A stretch of DNA of 63,832 bases, the filler included, from Reclinomonas americana ATCC 50394 (taxonomy: Eukaryota): the NCBI GenBank assembly GCA_048213135.1. It is 6 parts of 3 records of this genome, joined end to end, with 100 filler letters (N's around TTAATTAATTAA, not from the genome) between each part and the next. Parts side by side here need not be neighbours in the genome. Positions count along the whole stretch, not along the records: positions 23,436 to 47,912 come from PS015572.1; 5 more parts are not named here. The stretch is one strand, 5' to 3'. The notes beneath the pieces are model-generated. The model saw only the letters and a program-made list of their open reading frames with translations. It searched no databases and was not told the DNA's origin. The stretch's first letter is position 1; each line of letters opens with the position of its first letter. The position numbers and the translations under genes are program-made. Shown piece by piece: positions 33,204-47,755 of this stretch.

Positions 33204-36200
33204 TCACACGGCCGCCGGCGACACTCCACCGGCACCTGGACGTGCATTCTGTTGTAGGCGCTGCAGTTGTGCATTGACGACGGCCGAGGTTTGCTCTCGC
33301 AGCAAGGCATTCAGCTGCTCGACTCGGCCATGCAACGACACAATGACGCGCTCCTTGGCGCGGACCTCTTGCTCCAGGACCTCGAGGTGCTCGGCCATCG
33401 AGTCGAGAGTGGAGGTGAGCGTTTTGACCACGGTTGCCGGGTCCTGCAGAGAGCGTGGTCAACTCAAAAAAAAACAGCGGAGACTTGATAATTCACGAAA
33501 AACAGACGCACCACTGCATCGCGGTTGTCCTCCTCGTTCACACGCCCACGCAGCTCCAGAGCGTACGACCTACTGAGCGGATAGAAACCGATATCCGAGG
33601 CAAAGAAGCGACCGTACAGGTACAACTCGTAGCCGTCAAAGTCAATGTCCTCGCCTCGCGCCTTGGCCTCCATCACACGCGCGTAGTAATGCACGTAGTC
33701 CCACAGCAGGTGTTCGCGGAACAAATGCTGCTGGAAGCCGTTGCCTTCGCGATCGAAAGTCGCATTGTCGAGACCGCACACCAGACAGCGCGTCTTCAGT
33801 TCTCGCTGAATGCTCTCGCGAGTCGTACGCAGCTCGGAGAACGTATCGCTGCAAGCAACAAAGTCAGCAAACAAGCACACACTCGCTGAGAAGGACGAGT
33901 CAAGTGATGCCGGTGACGCAACACAATGATACCGAAGAGGATGTTGAGGATAATGACGAGAATCGCAAAGAAGAAGGTGAGCTGGTAGAGGACTTGCAGT
34001 GGACTGGTGACTGACAGAGACTGCCGCAAAAAGTCGCCACCACTGGAGATTTGTCCCACCAGCGCCAGCCAGCACTGGCCAACCGACGTGCACACCTCGG
34101 TGCCCGGCGTGCGCATTGTCGGATCCGCAAAGATCTCGTCCGACAGGAACACGTAGCCGACAATCGCGTATCCGTACACGATAAGCAGCAGCAGCAGGAA
34201 CGTGAGGAAGAACGACGTGCGCGGCTTGTTGATACTCTGCAACACGCCGACCAACACTTGCGACTGGATGACCAGGTCGGCCAGTGGCACCGCAAACCTA
34301 CAACGTGAGAGGGAGAGGAAGAAGAAGAAGTGAGGGTACTGGTATTCTATCCATGTCCAAGGGGTGGCGGCTCACCAATAAAAAGTGTGCACGAGGCCCA
34401 ACAGCGAGCATAAACCAAGAATAAACATGTAAACAAGTTGTGGATTTTGTACATGAGCCACAATGCGCATCCACTGCACGGAAAGGGGGACTGGTTGAGT
34501 TGATGGGAGAGGCGGCAAGAGCAAACACGTGAAAACATGTCACACACCCGCGCACGACTGGGGCTCGGATTCCAGTTGCGGTCCTCACGCTGACGACGCA
34601 GACGCCTGATGCGTGCTCTATATAGACTGTCACCGTACACGCGAAACTCGAGTGTCCAGAACGAGGCTAAGATGGCCACGTGGGCCAGGAAGAGCATGAT
34701 GCCGAACGTGTAAATGGCAATAGATAATGGCGGCTTGGTGTCATCGTCCACCTGCATAGACAGCAGAGTGTTGAGAAGAAGCGACATGATGCTCGACGAT
34801 GGAGAAAGAGAGAGACACACCTCCGACCACGCGATCATGAGAATATTGACCAGTATGCACAACAGATTGCCGATGATGCGCACGAGCCTGAGGACAAGTG
34901 TCAGCAGTGCAACGCGAGGCAACACGACCGCTCTCACTGAACGCACCCCACATCGACGTAGCGCGACAAGAGTTTATACGAGCGCGTCTGCTTGCGCTCC
35001 CGCCGAATGGTCATCTTGTCATACGTCATCTCGATACCGGCGTGGAAGCTCTGCAGCCGCTCCGAGTCCTTGGCCTTGGTTACCGATCTGTCGCGCCGCG
35101 CTCCCCCAAGTCAGTCGGAAACGCAGCACACAAAGCATCGCACAGAGACGATCGATGTAACTGCAACAACTCAGTCCGATCGACCTTGCGCAGCTCCTCG
35201 CTCAGTGTGTCCTTGGCGAAAATCACCGGCAACACACGGTCGTCACTGAACGTGCAGATGCTAAGTGACGGGATATGAGGCGAGAGAGACGCGCAGAGAC
35301 TCACGCACCGCAGAATCTCAATGCGACCCAGACGCCGGTCAAACTCAGCGCGCAGTTGAATGTCACTCTTGTGTCGCTCCTGCTTGTCGGGAGGGAAGTC
35401 GACAAGGAGGTACGAAAACAGCACGTAGAAGATCATGCTCTGCAAGAAAAAGAGAGTGCGAGTGGGGCGGTGAGGAGTGCATTGGCTTTTGGCGAGGCAC
35501 ACTGACACACACCTCTTGCATGATTTCGTCAGCAAGGGAGCGTGAACGGCCACGCGTGCGCACGACGAGACCAGCGTACGACTCCAGCTTGTACCGCAGC
35601 ACCTCCATGAAACCACCCGTGCGAATGGCACGGACATGCTGCAGCATGTTGGGCCCTGGCGAGGGAGATTGACAATGTTACTGACGTGTGCAGAGGAGGA
35701 GGAGGGTAGCGAGCAAAGAAGCAGCACCAACCCTCAAGCGTGGCCAACAGCAGTTTGCAACACTTTTGGAATACGACACGCTCGGCGGTGGTGGTACGCC
35801 ACAGATACGAGATCTCAAAGAAGCGGTTGTGCCACACATCCGTGCGCGACAACGTCTCCAAGGTGACTGATACCGCAGAAATAAGTGACACAGACATGTT
35901 CAAGCATGCGCACAAGCTCGTGGGACTGACTCAACATGTCAGCCGCAAGAGGTTCTTGGCTGCCTGCAACCCGCTGCCGCTGAGGAACTCGGTCTGGTTG
36001 CCAGGGCATGGTCCTGCAAGGAGAGTGTGCGACATGCACAACTCAGTAACAAACAAGCATAGTCAACGAATGGAACACGTTGACACATACCCTGGATGGT
36101 CTCCGTGAGCGTGTCCAAGAGGACAGAGACGGGCTGGAAGATGGTTTCGATACCCTTGATCGAGGCAACTCCCAGACGTTCAATACGGTCGGCTACCAGT

Positions 36201-39200
36201 CTGTCGTTGGTAATAAAGTCAAGTCACGGTAGATGGAGGGAGAAGAGAGAGACAGAGAAATTGGTGCACGCAACAGCGCCAGGTCGGTTCCACTCTCACC
36301 GAGCAAACCATAGTCTTTCAGATCTGTCAACGAATCATCAGCCATCCAGGGCGACTGCAGTGACAGTAGGAGTGACGAACAACCAGGAACTTACCAGGCA
36401 GTTCAGAAGGCACCAGCGTTTCCAGATACTCGCACAGCGCGAGTAGAATGTTGATACGGGTGTGCGTCTGCTCACGCAGCACATCCTGGCTCTGCAGGTT
36501 GTGTCCCTCGCAGAGCTCCTTGATAAACTGCATACCGCCTGTGAGTGTGCTGGGTGTCGTTGAATTCAGGGGAAAAAGACGAAACTCTCAAAATCGCCTC
36601 CTGCGTCTCAAACTCGGACGTCGAGACTTCCACTTGGCGCACTCGCAGGTTCACAGTGCTCTCCGACTGTCGCGCAGCACTCTCGCGCTGCTCTTCTTCT
36701 CGCAATGCACGCACAAACTTGACGCGATGGTACCCTGCACACGACAGAGTCAGTCTACAGGCGCATGTTCGCACTCTGGCGACTCAAGCCTCGCAACGTT
36801 CGCGCATCTCCAGCCACCACGGTCGACGAGTGCTTTCGTCGACGGTGCGCCGAATCATTTCTCGCAAGCCGTGCAACAAACTGAGTCGGCCACCTTCGGC
36901 GGACTTGGTATCTGCGCGAGTCAATCAATGAGCCGTGTGCATCAATGTTGAAATGCTATGGCAGACACCACCACCAACCAGCATCGTCCTCGTTGCCGGC
37001 CTCCTCAATCGTGCGCAACACCGTGGCCTGCACGCTCTTGTTGCCACCACGGAGTAGCAGCGTAAGCGTCTCGACAGCCTGCGGTCAACACACACACACA
37101 CAGTCAGCGCACATCGAAGATGAGAGGGCCACAGCACAACACTGACGCAACGCGCTGGAACACGGCTCGGTTGGTGGTCGACAGGAGAGAGATGACAGTT
37201 CGCGTGCCACCCAACTGATCCAAACGTGTTTGCCACTGGACGTACACCGTCGGCATGTCATCGTCACTGGAAGCACAAGAAAGGCGGTGAGCAAGCGAGA
37301 CACACGCACACAAAAACACTTGCGCACATGCTTTATCCCACTTACCCCGGCACCACTTCTTCCTCTGCTGCGGCGGCGGCAGCTGCGCCAACCTGCACTG
37401 GCGGCTGACCGTCGCCACCCAGGTGAGCGTCACCGCCGGCGAGCGACGTGGGCGACAGCGGAGCAGTGGTCGCGGCGAATGTGCCGCTGCCAAACATGCC
37501 ATTCTGGGCCGACTCGAATGCCTCGAAGGAGGTCGCCGGCGAGCGCAACTGCTGACGGTAATCGCCGACCAACAGATACTTCATCAGATCGAGAATGAAC
37601 ATGGTCAGCGGAACGTGGTTGCCATTGCGCTCCAGATCCGCTTGCTCAATCACATTCTACATATGCAGCAAGCGGTGTGATGAGTACATCGTCGTGCTGC
37701 ACACATACACGCATGAAACTCATTTGAAACCTTCAGCGTGGTGTCATTCATGTGGGCAATCACTCGCACGCCCTCGATGCGCTCGTCGAAAAGTTCGTCT
37801 TCCCAGTGCCGCCGAAGCACTTTGATGTAGAGCGACCACACCAGCCTTGCATCGCTGCAGAGACAACATGAGCAGACAAGGGAGGAAAGGGAGATAGATC
37901 TGAGACAATGACGCACGCTTCGATCTGCGGCGTCGACTGATTCATGCTCTCGGCCAGCATCTCTTGCAACAAATCCAGTCCATCTGCCAGTCGCTGCTCA
38001 TCGTCCTCGTGCTCCAGCAATCCTGCAGCATCACCAGTCAATGCATGACACAATTGTGTGCGTATCGCTCTGTTGCACAAAACGCACCGTGAAACTGATC
38101 CACTTCGCCACCGACTTCGTCGGGGTTCATGTCGTGCATCNNNNNNNNNNNNNNNNNNNNNNNNNNNNNNNNNNNNNNNNNNNNNNNNNNNNNNNNNNNN
38201 NNNNNNNNNNNNNNNNNNNNNNNNNNNNNNNNNNNNNNNNNNNNNNNNNNNNNNNNNNNNNNNNNNNNNNNNNNNNNNNNNNNNNNNNNNNNNNNNNNNN
38301 NNNNNNNNNNNNNNNNNNNNNNNNNNNNNNNNNNNNNNNNNNNNNNNNNNNNNNNNNNNNNNNNNNNNNNNNNNNNNNNNNNNNNNNNNNNNNNNNNNNN
38401 NNNNNNNNNNNNNNNNNNNNNNNNNNNNNNNNNNNNNNNNNNNNNNNNNNNNNNNNNNNNNNNNNNNNNNNNNNNNNNNNNNNNNNNNNNNNNNNNNNNN
38501 NNNNNNNNNNNNNNNNNNNNNNNNNNNNNNNNNNNNNNNNNNNNNNNNNNNNNNNNNNNNNNNNNNNNNNNNNNNNNNNNNNNNNNNNNNNNNNNNNNNN
38601 NNNNNNNNNNNNNNNNNNNNNNNNNNNNNNNNNNNNNNNNNNNNNNNNNNNNNNNNNNNNNNNNNNNNNNNNNNNNNNNNNNNNNNNNNNNNNNNNNNNN
38701 NNNNNNNNNNNNNNNNNNNNNNNNNNNNNNNNNNNNNNNNNNNNNNNNNNNNNNNNNNNNNNNNNNNNNNNNNNNNNNNNNNNNNNNNNNNNNNNNNNNN
38801 NNNNNNNNNNNNNNNNNNNNNNNNNNNNNNNNNNNNNNNNNNNNNNNNNNNNNNNNNNNNNNNNNNNNNNNNNNNNNNNNNNNNNNNNNNNNNNNNNNNN
38901 NNNNNNNNNNNNNNNNNNNNNNNNNNNNNNNNNNNNNNNNNNNNNNNNNNNNNNNNNNNNNNNNNNNNNNNNNNNNNNNNNNNNNNNNNNNNNNNNNNNN
39001 NNNNNNNNNNNNNNNNNNNNNNNNNNNNNNNNNNNNNNNNNNNNNNNNNNNNNNNNNNNNNNNNNNNNNNNNNNNNNNNNNNNNNNNNNNNNNNNNNNNN
39101 NNNNNNNNNNNNNNNNNCATGGAGAGCGTTTGCGTTGTGGTGCTCATCTGCTACGAATCAGACAACTCTGCGGAGCATCTATCCGCTCGACTCGGTGCTG

Positions 39201-42200
39201 CTGGACCTCAACGACAACCTGCTGCCGTGGAAGTATCGCATTTCCTTTGCGTACTACGTGCAGGTACGATGCATGCGGTAGACCGCTGGTGTGACTCGCG
39301 CAGCAGTCGCTGATGTGCTGGTCGCTCGGCGTGCAGAATGTGTTCCTGGAGGTCAATTTCAATTCGTTGCCGGTCATTGTGCGCGACAAGCTCCAAGACA
39401 TTTTCTCCATGTTCAGCGCGCACCTCACCGCCATTCTGGACCAGCCCGGTGAACTCGATGTGGACGAGGTCAGTGCAGAGCTGCATGTCTGCGTGTGTGT
39501 TGTATGTACTCATTCGTGTTGGGATGCAGTTGGCGTACATTCGACTGGCCATCTGCCCGTGTGTCAGCAGCATGCTGTCGACCATTATGGCCGAAAACAA
39601 GCGGCGTGAGTATGCCGATCTGCAGCCACTCCGCACGCACTCATGGTACCGACATTTGGCGGAGGTGCGCATTTCGTTGTCAAGTGTCATGACGTGGCTG
39701 GCAACGGAATTGACTCTGTGCACTCGCCAACTCTGCGCAGCACATAATCCGTACCTGCGAGCAGCTCATGGGCGTCATTCCACGCATGTTCAATCCGGCT
39801 GTGGCCGAACGCATTCGTCGCGTCTTGGAAGACCTGGAGGTAATGTCGTTTCCTTTGTTCTCCCGTGCACCGTCGACAATTGACTCTGTTCACTTGTGGC
39901 AGCTGGCATTCGGTCGTCGTGAGTTGGATGCGCTTCAGTTGGAGGCCATTGAGCGAGCGCAGGACTCGTGCGACGAGATTCGCGTCAATGCCGAAATGCG
40001 TCGCCGACAGCTGATTGGCGGCGAGCACGCTGCACTNNNNNNNNNNNNNNNNNNNNNNNNNNNNNNNNNNNNNNNNNNNNNNNNNNNNNNNNNNNNNNNN
40101 NNNNNNNNNNNNNNNNNNNNNNNNNNNNNNNNNNNNNNNNNNNNNNNNNNNNNNNNNNNNNNNNNNNNNNNNNNNNNNNNNNNNNNNNNNNNNNNNNNNN
40201 NNNNNNNNNNNNNNNNNNNNNNNNNNNNNNNNNNNNNNNNNNNNNNNNNNNNNNNNNNNNNNNNNNNNNNNNNNNNNNNNNNNNNNNNNNNNNNNNNNNN
40301 NNNNNNNNNNNNNNNNNNNNNNNNNNNNNNNNNNNNNNNNNNNNNNNNNNNNNNNNNNNNNNNNNNNNNNNNNNNNNNNNNNNNNNNNNNNNNNNNNNNN
40401 NNNNNNNNNNNNNNNNNNNNNNNNNNNNNNNNNNNNNNNNNNNNNNNNNNNNNNNNNNNNNNNNNNNNNNNNNNNNNNNNNNNNNNNNNNNNNNNNNNNN
40501 NNNNNNNNNNNNNNNNNNNNNNNNNNNNNNNNNNNNNNNNNNNNNNNNNNNNNNNNNNNNNNNNNNNNNNNNNNNNNNNNNNNNNNNNNNNNNNNNNNNN
40601 NNNNNNNNNNNNNNNNNNNNNNNNNNNNNNNNNNNNNNNNNNNNNNNNNNNNNNNNNNNNNNNNNNNNNNNNNNNNNNNNNNNNNNNNNNNNNNNNNNNN
40701 NNNNNNNNNNNNNNNNNNNNNNNNNNNNNNNNNNNNNNNNNNNNNNNNNNNNNNNNNNNNNNNNNNNNNNNNNNNNNNNNNNNNNNNNNNNNNNNNNNNN
40801 NNNNNNNNNNNNNNNNNNNNNNNNNNNNNNNNNNNNNNNNNNNNNNNNNNNNNNNNNNNNNNNNNNNNNNNNNNNNNNNNNNNNNNNNNNNNNNNNNNNN
40901 NNNNNNNNNNNNNNNNNNNNNNNNNNNNNNNNNNNNNNNNNNNNNNNNNNNNNNNNNNNNNNNNNNNNNNNNNNNNNNNNNNNNNNNNNNNNNNNNNNNA
41001 CCACAAAGTCGAGCAATGTACCTCAATTTCCGTGTTGGAGCCGACTGCTGTCGCAGCCAGCAGCTCCACAAAGGAGAAGTGATAGTACAGCACGCTCTCG
41101 GACTCGCCAGGTGACGCATGCAGCTGCTGATCACGGATTGCTCGCTCTGCAAGTCACAAACAACATAGTGTGAGTAAGGGCATTCATGCATTCTCGATGT
41201 GCATCTCTCGCAGCGTTACCTTCGGGTGTCTGGTACAAGCAGAATGTTCGCTTCTGATTCTTGATGAGAAAGTCGAAAATCACCGACTGGTTGTGCGGCA
41301 CGGGGCGATCGTTCACGACACAAATCGTCCTGTGCATCCACTCGTGATGAATGCGCGACCTCACACATGACTGCAACACGCGCAACGACACTGATCGCAA
41401 CTTCAACAGCTTGGCGTAGCGTGGCTGACGCTCGTTCTCGAGGATCAGGCGGCAGAAGCGCAAGATTTCCGAGTCCTTGAGTTGCGTCACCGAGTTGAGG
41501 CTGGTGGAGAACATTTCGACAAACACCGGCGCAGCCTGTGTCGCGACATTCGCAGCCGTGTAAGCAATCAGGGTTTCATCACTGCAATCAACGGACACCC
41601 TACCTTGAGATTGCGCGCCATGTGGCCGATCATGATGGGGAAGAATGGGCGGATGGCCTCGGCGTTGGTGGAGTTCTGTCGCACAAAGAGGCGCAGAGCG
41701 TGGAAAGCAAGCCGGTACACGTTGAAGAACTTCTTCTCGTACGGGAACGAGAGGATGCGGAAAATGGCCCGATGGGCCTACGCGCGAGGTGGTGTGTCAG
41801 TGAGGATGCCAGAGAAAAACAAATGCAGCATAGCAACAGTCTGCATACGCAACCTGAATCTCACGCATCAGCTGCTGCGTGCGGCGGCTCGGCACGCCGT
41901 CCAAGTTGATGGCATCGCCTTGGTCGGCCTCCGCATCCGCCGACACAATCAGATCTCGGACGAGCTCGGACAGCAGTCGGTATGCCTGTTGCGCAAAAAA
42001 GAGACACGTCAATCGAGGAGCACGACGAACGCACGACACCTCGCACAGACCTTGTTGAGTCCGTCCGTCAGCGTCTTCTCACTGAGGCCAATGCTCCACA
42101 ACTCCGACACAATGGTGGCCAAGCGCTGCTTCAGCGAACTGGAGTCGTCACCCACCAGAATGAACACGTTGCGAATCTCGTTGAGCGTGTGATGGCCGTG

Positions 42201-45200
42201 CATGCGCTGTTCACGAATTCACACACTCTGTGAGTGCCTGTGGGCAAACACGTTGCGCAATAAATCTGCGTTACCATGGTGAACGATGCCAAGATGGCGC
42301 GCTTGCGAAGTTCGTGGTCCGGACTGAACTCAATGACCTCTCGATTGCTCGCCGTCCACGAGCCGCCGAGACCGAAAAACTCAGATGCCTCCGAGTGGTG
42401 CAACCGCGGCAACGAGGGGTACTCCAGAATATTGGACTGGAATCTGTGACGGGGACGATGGTATGGTGAGAATCACGCCGCGGCGCACTGCAATCAAGAG
42501 GCCGCGTACCTCATAAAGATGCTGTGCACTTCCAGATCCATGCGAATGTCCATGATAAGCTGGATAAAATCAAAAATGTGCCGCTTGATGCGACTCAGCA
42601 GCGCCGCTGGGCTGCCTTTCGGCGCGTCTTCCAGCGCCGGCACCTGAGCCACTCTGCACAGCAAGGCAAAGCGTAAGCCAAAATCCACCACACGGAAGCT
42701 TGGGCTATCGGCACTGCACTCAACTTCCACGCGACAATCGTGCAGAGGCTGTCCAGAATGCGCGTAATGACATCCGGCGACGTGAGCAAAAAGCCACGCT
42801 GGTACCGGAACAGACCGTGCAATGCCTCAATACCCGACAGCACGCAAGGCAGTTGCTCAATGGTCTGCCGCAAAGCAAGTCAGCAAGTCGAAATACTGTC
42901 AAACATCTCCATTCGTCGCCAGCCAACCTCTTGGACGAGAATCAGCTCCGGCGTGGTTGGCACGCGAGCGCCTTCCGCACCACCAGAAGCAGCGGGTGCT
43001 GCAGACGACTGTGCTTGACGCACAGGCGACGGTGCCTCGATCGCCGACCGACGTGGCAGATCCGCCGGCTCTGCCGCGCGCTCCAGTCGATCTCGCTCTT
43101 GACTGACGCACGGCGGAGCAATGAGATGAACATTCGAAAGAGTCGGTACTCCATCTCTCTCCACGCAACATGTGCTGCGCAAACTGCTCCAAGTATTGAG
43201 TAGTGAAGACAATCAGCCGCTCGCACTCGTCCTTGTACAGCGGTGGAATGTGTCTGCTCGAAACAGGTCAGTTCTCTTGTGACAAGGAAGGACACAATCA
43301 CATGCGTGCAAAAATGACCTTGGTCGCCGATCGTGGATGACCTTGACTGTCTCAATGTCGAATGCCGACACACCAACGTCAGCGGTTTCAACGTAAATGT
43401 TGGTGATAATGTCCATGATCTGCAAAGGCCGTGTCATTGCATGTGCGTTGTGCTACGGATCCACACTTGTCAAACCTTGGCTCGGATGGTCGAGTCGAGT
43501 GGCAACTCCATGGCATGCAGCAGATGCGGCAGTTCGAACAACTTGCGCAGCTCGTCCTCGTTGTTTCGCTGCAGCTCCAAGCAAAGCACCTGCGGAAACA
43601 TACAAGTGCGTGAGTGCACAGCGAAGCGGACACGGACTATTGCTTCGCATGATGAACTCAACCACAGCCAAATCTAGGAAGGCAATGTGTCGACTGCCCA
43701 TGTCTTGTGCGGCGTCAAAGGCTGGCGAAAAGTCGGCACCCGCCGCACCGGCAGGGCCCGACTTGCGGGTGCGCCGCTTTAACGCCGCATTGACAAACTG
43801 CGAGTTCGTGAAGAATCGAAGCGGGAGTTCGCGCGCCTGTCGCCCCTCCCACATGCTGACGACTAGTTCCGGAGTATCTGCGCACGTTATATCTGCGTCA
43901 GCGACTGCCGTGTACGGGATAGAGGGATCATACGCAATGCCGCACCACCACGGTCGCCAAACGACACCACATATTTCTGCAGCAACTCGGGGAATCGTGA
44001 AAAGAGAATGTCACCAGCAATGGCTTGATTGCGCTTCAGCAGGCGACGCTGCACACGCCCGACGGTATACAGCTCCGGCTCAATGACGTCTGAAGGAGTG
44101 TTGTGTCAGTCAGTGCCCGCAAAGAAGCGATCATCACAGCACTTCCTATCAACGCGTACCGCTATCCAGCGTGGCCGACGACTGCGCAGTGACTGGCTCG
44201 CCGCAAATGAATGTCACCAGACGGAAACAGTCAGACACCAACTGTGGCTTCTCGGAGGCCATCTCCAGCCACTTGTGAATCTGTACAGCAAAGTCAGAAT
44301 TGTGTTTGTTGATGCGCAAGTGCACCCGGCTTGCGTGACGCAACATGATCCTGCTTGACACCACGGCACACAGTGTGCGAGCTGGCATACAACAGAGCAA
44401 ATGTACTGACGGCCGCGTTGGAGACGAGGGAACGGCTGACGAGCTCAAACAACTGCAGCTGGTGGTTCTTGTACACCGTCTGTGCACACACACAGCCCAC
44501 GTGAGCTTCGTGCCAACATACAAAAGATTGCAAAGAGAGCGAACCGCTGATGCGACATCGTTTTTCTTGCACACAGCACGGACAACGCGCAGCAGCGCGC
44601 TCGCGGCATCCACGGAGTTGGCCACCATCTTGTGGAAATCCTCCAACTCGATGCGATAGTCGCGTGCCTGCTCGTGAACACCATTAGAATGAGAGGTGAA
44701 GACGAGGGCGTTGCATGCCTCGGAGACGCAACAGCCTCGGCTGCACTCTGGATGGAGATGGTCAGCTTCAGCGTGATCAGAATGTTGAAAACATACTGAA
44801 TGCCGGCCACATCGACTGCCGTCGCCTGCAAGTCCTGGAAGGCTGCAATGCGCGCGCATACACACACACGTGTTACACCACAAGTGCGGAAAGAAACAAT
44901 GCAAGCGCAACGTGTGACGCAACTCTTGAGACCTCGTCGCCCGAGGCTCTTGAAGAAATCGGCCAGCGCGTCAGCCTGGCACCACATTGTGTCAGTTGTT
45001 CGTCCTTGCGTGTGATGGAAGCAGGAAACGCAACTTCATCGGCAAGCGGAATCAGCCAGTCGCTACCAGTGATAATGACGGCCATCTCCACAATGCGGAA
45101 GCCTCCAGCCGAGTTCGCATCTTGCGTGAGGTGCTTGATGATGACGCCGAGACGATCGAACCTGTGCGATACGTGATGTGAGCAGCTCCACTGGCATTGC

Positions 45201-47755
45201 CAGGCGCATCACCGGTCACACACACCGTTCGGCCATGGAATAGTAGTGCGCCAGCAGGCTCTGTGGAATGACAGACACGTTCCATGCATCGTGCAACGTC
45301 GACGTCTTACGCACACCGAGTGGACGGCCAGCCTACAAGCATGCGATAACATGAGGTGAGACAGACTTAACAAAGACACAGACAAGTGCTTGAACACGCG
45401 ACCGCACAAACCTTGCCGGCGGCGACGGCATCTGCGGGAGTGGGCGACACGCCTGGCACAGCAGCCGCAGCCGCAGCAGTAGCCGCTCTCTGACCTCGTG
45501 CCTCGTTCACTGTAAACTCCCACTCGTCCTCGTACTCGGCAAGCTCATTGGCAGCCTCGTCGGCCTGTCGTTGTGCCGCCAGACGCACTGCACCAGGAGA
45601 GTCAGCCGACGCGACGGACACACACACACAGAAAGAACCCCCGCGGCACCTTCGCTCTCCGTGAGCACCCGCAGGAACAGCTTGGTGTCCATGTGCTGTT
45701 CGTGGTGATGCATGTGAGCAACAAAGCAAGAAGGAACAACACACACACGCATCACACCTGCACGAGAAAGAACGAGTCCTTCAACACAGGAGCCGTGGGA
45801 TCATCAACGACGCCGGTCGGGCGAAGAATCCACACAGCCTCGTGACGATCGGACGTGCCCATGAGATCTGCATCACGGTGTGAGGCTACACGTTGACCAG
45901 CACAGAAAAAGCACACCAGCCGCACCAAGTGTCTCCTGGTCCACTTCTGGCAGATTGACCAACACCAGGTCGACGGCATCCGGCTCTGCAACATCGCAAG
46001 TGAGACACACACACATCCACTCCATTCACTTTACAGCAAGGCGCACCGTCGTCAGTGGCATTGTTGATCAGCACGAGATAGCGCCCGGAGAGCACGTGTC
46101 GAATTCGCACTTGTTGGTTCCTGCAGGCGGAGCGAATCAACACCAGAACGCGGAAGGAACGTGGTCGGCTAAGCGCACCACCGAATGACACCACCGGTGC
46201 GTGTCTGCAGCGGCTCGAAACTCCACCAGTCCAGAATCGACTCTGAATTGACTTTTACGGTTAGAGCCGAGTTGAGAAAGAGATCCGTGGCCTGCAGTGC
46301 ACTCGGATTCATCAGTCTTCCACTGCTATTGATTACCAGGACATGTACAACAATACACAACCTGCAGGTCGTCCATCTGCAACCGATACTGCGTCGCTCG
46401 AAGGCACCGATTGTCTTCGGTAAAGTACAGCGCAAAGGCTTGACCGTACTGGTGGAGAGAAGGGGAGCATCACATCTCAGCATGACGAAAAAATCACGTG
46501 GAGAGAAACACTGACGACACATGCCTCAAGAGCATCCGGGATTGTGTGCCGAAGAGCAAATCGATGGACCGTCCAGAGAGTATTGGGCGCGGGTCCACTT
46601 ACTACCGTGTGGTAGCTGTGATATCGTGAGCGGTAAGAGAGAGAGAGAGAACTCACACATTTCCATCAGCGCACACCTCCTCATAAAGATCAGCGTCGAC
46701 ATGCGCACATCAGGCAGATCTGACACGGCATTCAGGTACAGCTTGGTGCCCTGTGCTCCACATGTGGATCAGCATAACACACACATACACACCACGGTCG
46801 GGGGGAAGGAATGGGGTGCGCAACGGTGTTCATGATCAGCAAGCTGTCGCGCACAAACACTGGACCGCCTCGACTGCGAGCGCGTGTTCCAGGCACAAAT
46901 GTCCACAAGGCACTCCCGTGATGCGACTCACTGGCGTCGACTAGCGACACACGCAACGAGGCCGATCCGGTCGCAAACTGCTCACACCATCAAAGCGAGA
47001 TCAGTGACACTCGCTGTTGGCCGGTCGGCGACGACTACACGAACCTCATCACGTCGCAGCGACAAGTACTTTCTCGACAGCTTGTGCCGCAGCTGAAATG
47101 GCGTGCCGTATGTGAGCCGAAACGCTGCAAAGTCCTCTGGGTTCGCACTGCATCGACTGTCAGTGAACACACGCAGGACTCCACGCGCTTCCTCCATCAC
47201 GCAACGTGCTCTGCAGATCGAGATGCGAGTCCACAATCTCCCACACGTTGCCATAGAAGCCACTCGGCAGCGGCTCAAACGACTCGTGCTGCATGTCCTC
47301 GATGCACACCTGCCATGATTGACTGCAGTCAGCAGCAGCAGCAACCCCCTTATCATCATGACGACGCATTGAGCGGCCCACACCATCTCCTCTCGTTCGC
47401 ACAAGAACCGACCACCAACGTTGATCGCCGACGAGGCTGCAGCGGCGGCCGCTGCTGCTGCTGCCGCCGCCGCTGCGGCCACAGCATCCGATGACGATGT
47501 TCCGCCCTCCATCAGCGACGCCACTGAGGAGGCCGACTCGCCCAGTGAAATGGCATCACCAAAGTGCACATAGTACCGTGTGGCGTTGCTCTGTGTCAGC
47601 ACCGACGACGAGGCTAAAGTCCGAAGTCAGCATGGGCGTATGGGTCAGTGTTTTACAGTGCAGTGAGCGCAACGAAGGGAGAGTGAGAGCGCGGTTGGTG
47701 GTGCACGCGTTGTGGCTGTGCCTCCGCCTCCGCCCGCGGCCACCGCGGCCATCAT
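33204..47755 (-). CDS. ITPR: Inositol 1,4,5-trisphosphate receptor / RyR-family Ca2+ release channel (two internal gaps)
   Basis: N-terminal YVHFGDAISL, MIR-like FQLRHKLSRKYL and VRIRHVLSGRYL, RIH-like YHFSFVELLAATAVG, RIH-associated ELCEGHNLQSQDVLREQ, and channel C-terminus TFFFAILVIILNILFGIIVDTFSELR..RCLVCGL..EHLLWDY. Confidence 0.92.
39118..40036 (+). CDS. IP3R-like exon block in the opposite orientation between two gaps
   Basis: Spliced LRSIYPLDSVLLDLNDNLLPWKYRISFAYYVQNVFLEVNF resembles the post-RIH armadillo segment of IP3Rs. Introns read GT-AG on the + strand. Confidence 0.55.
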
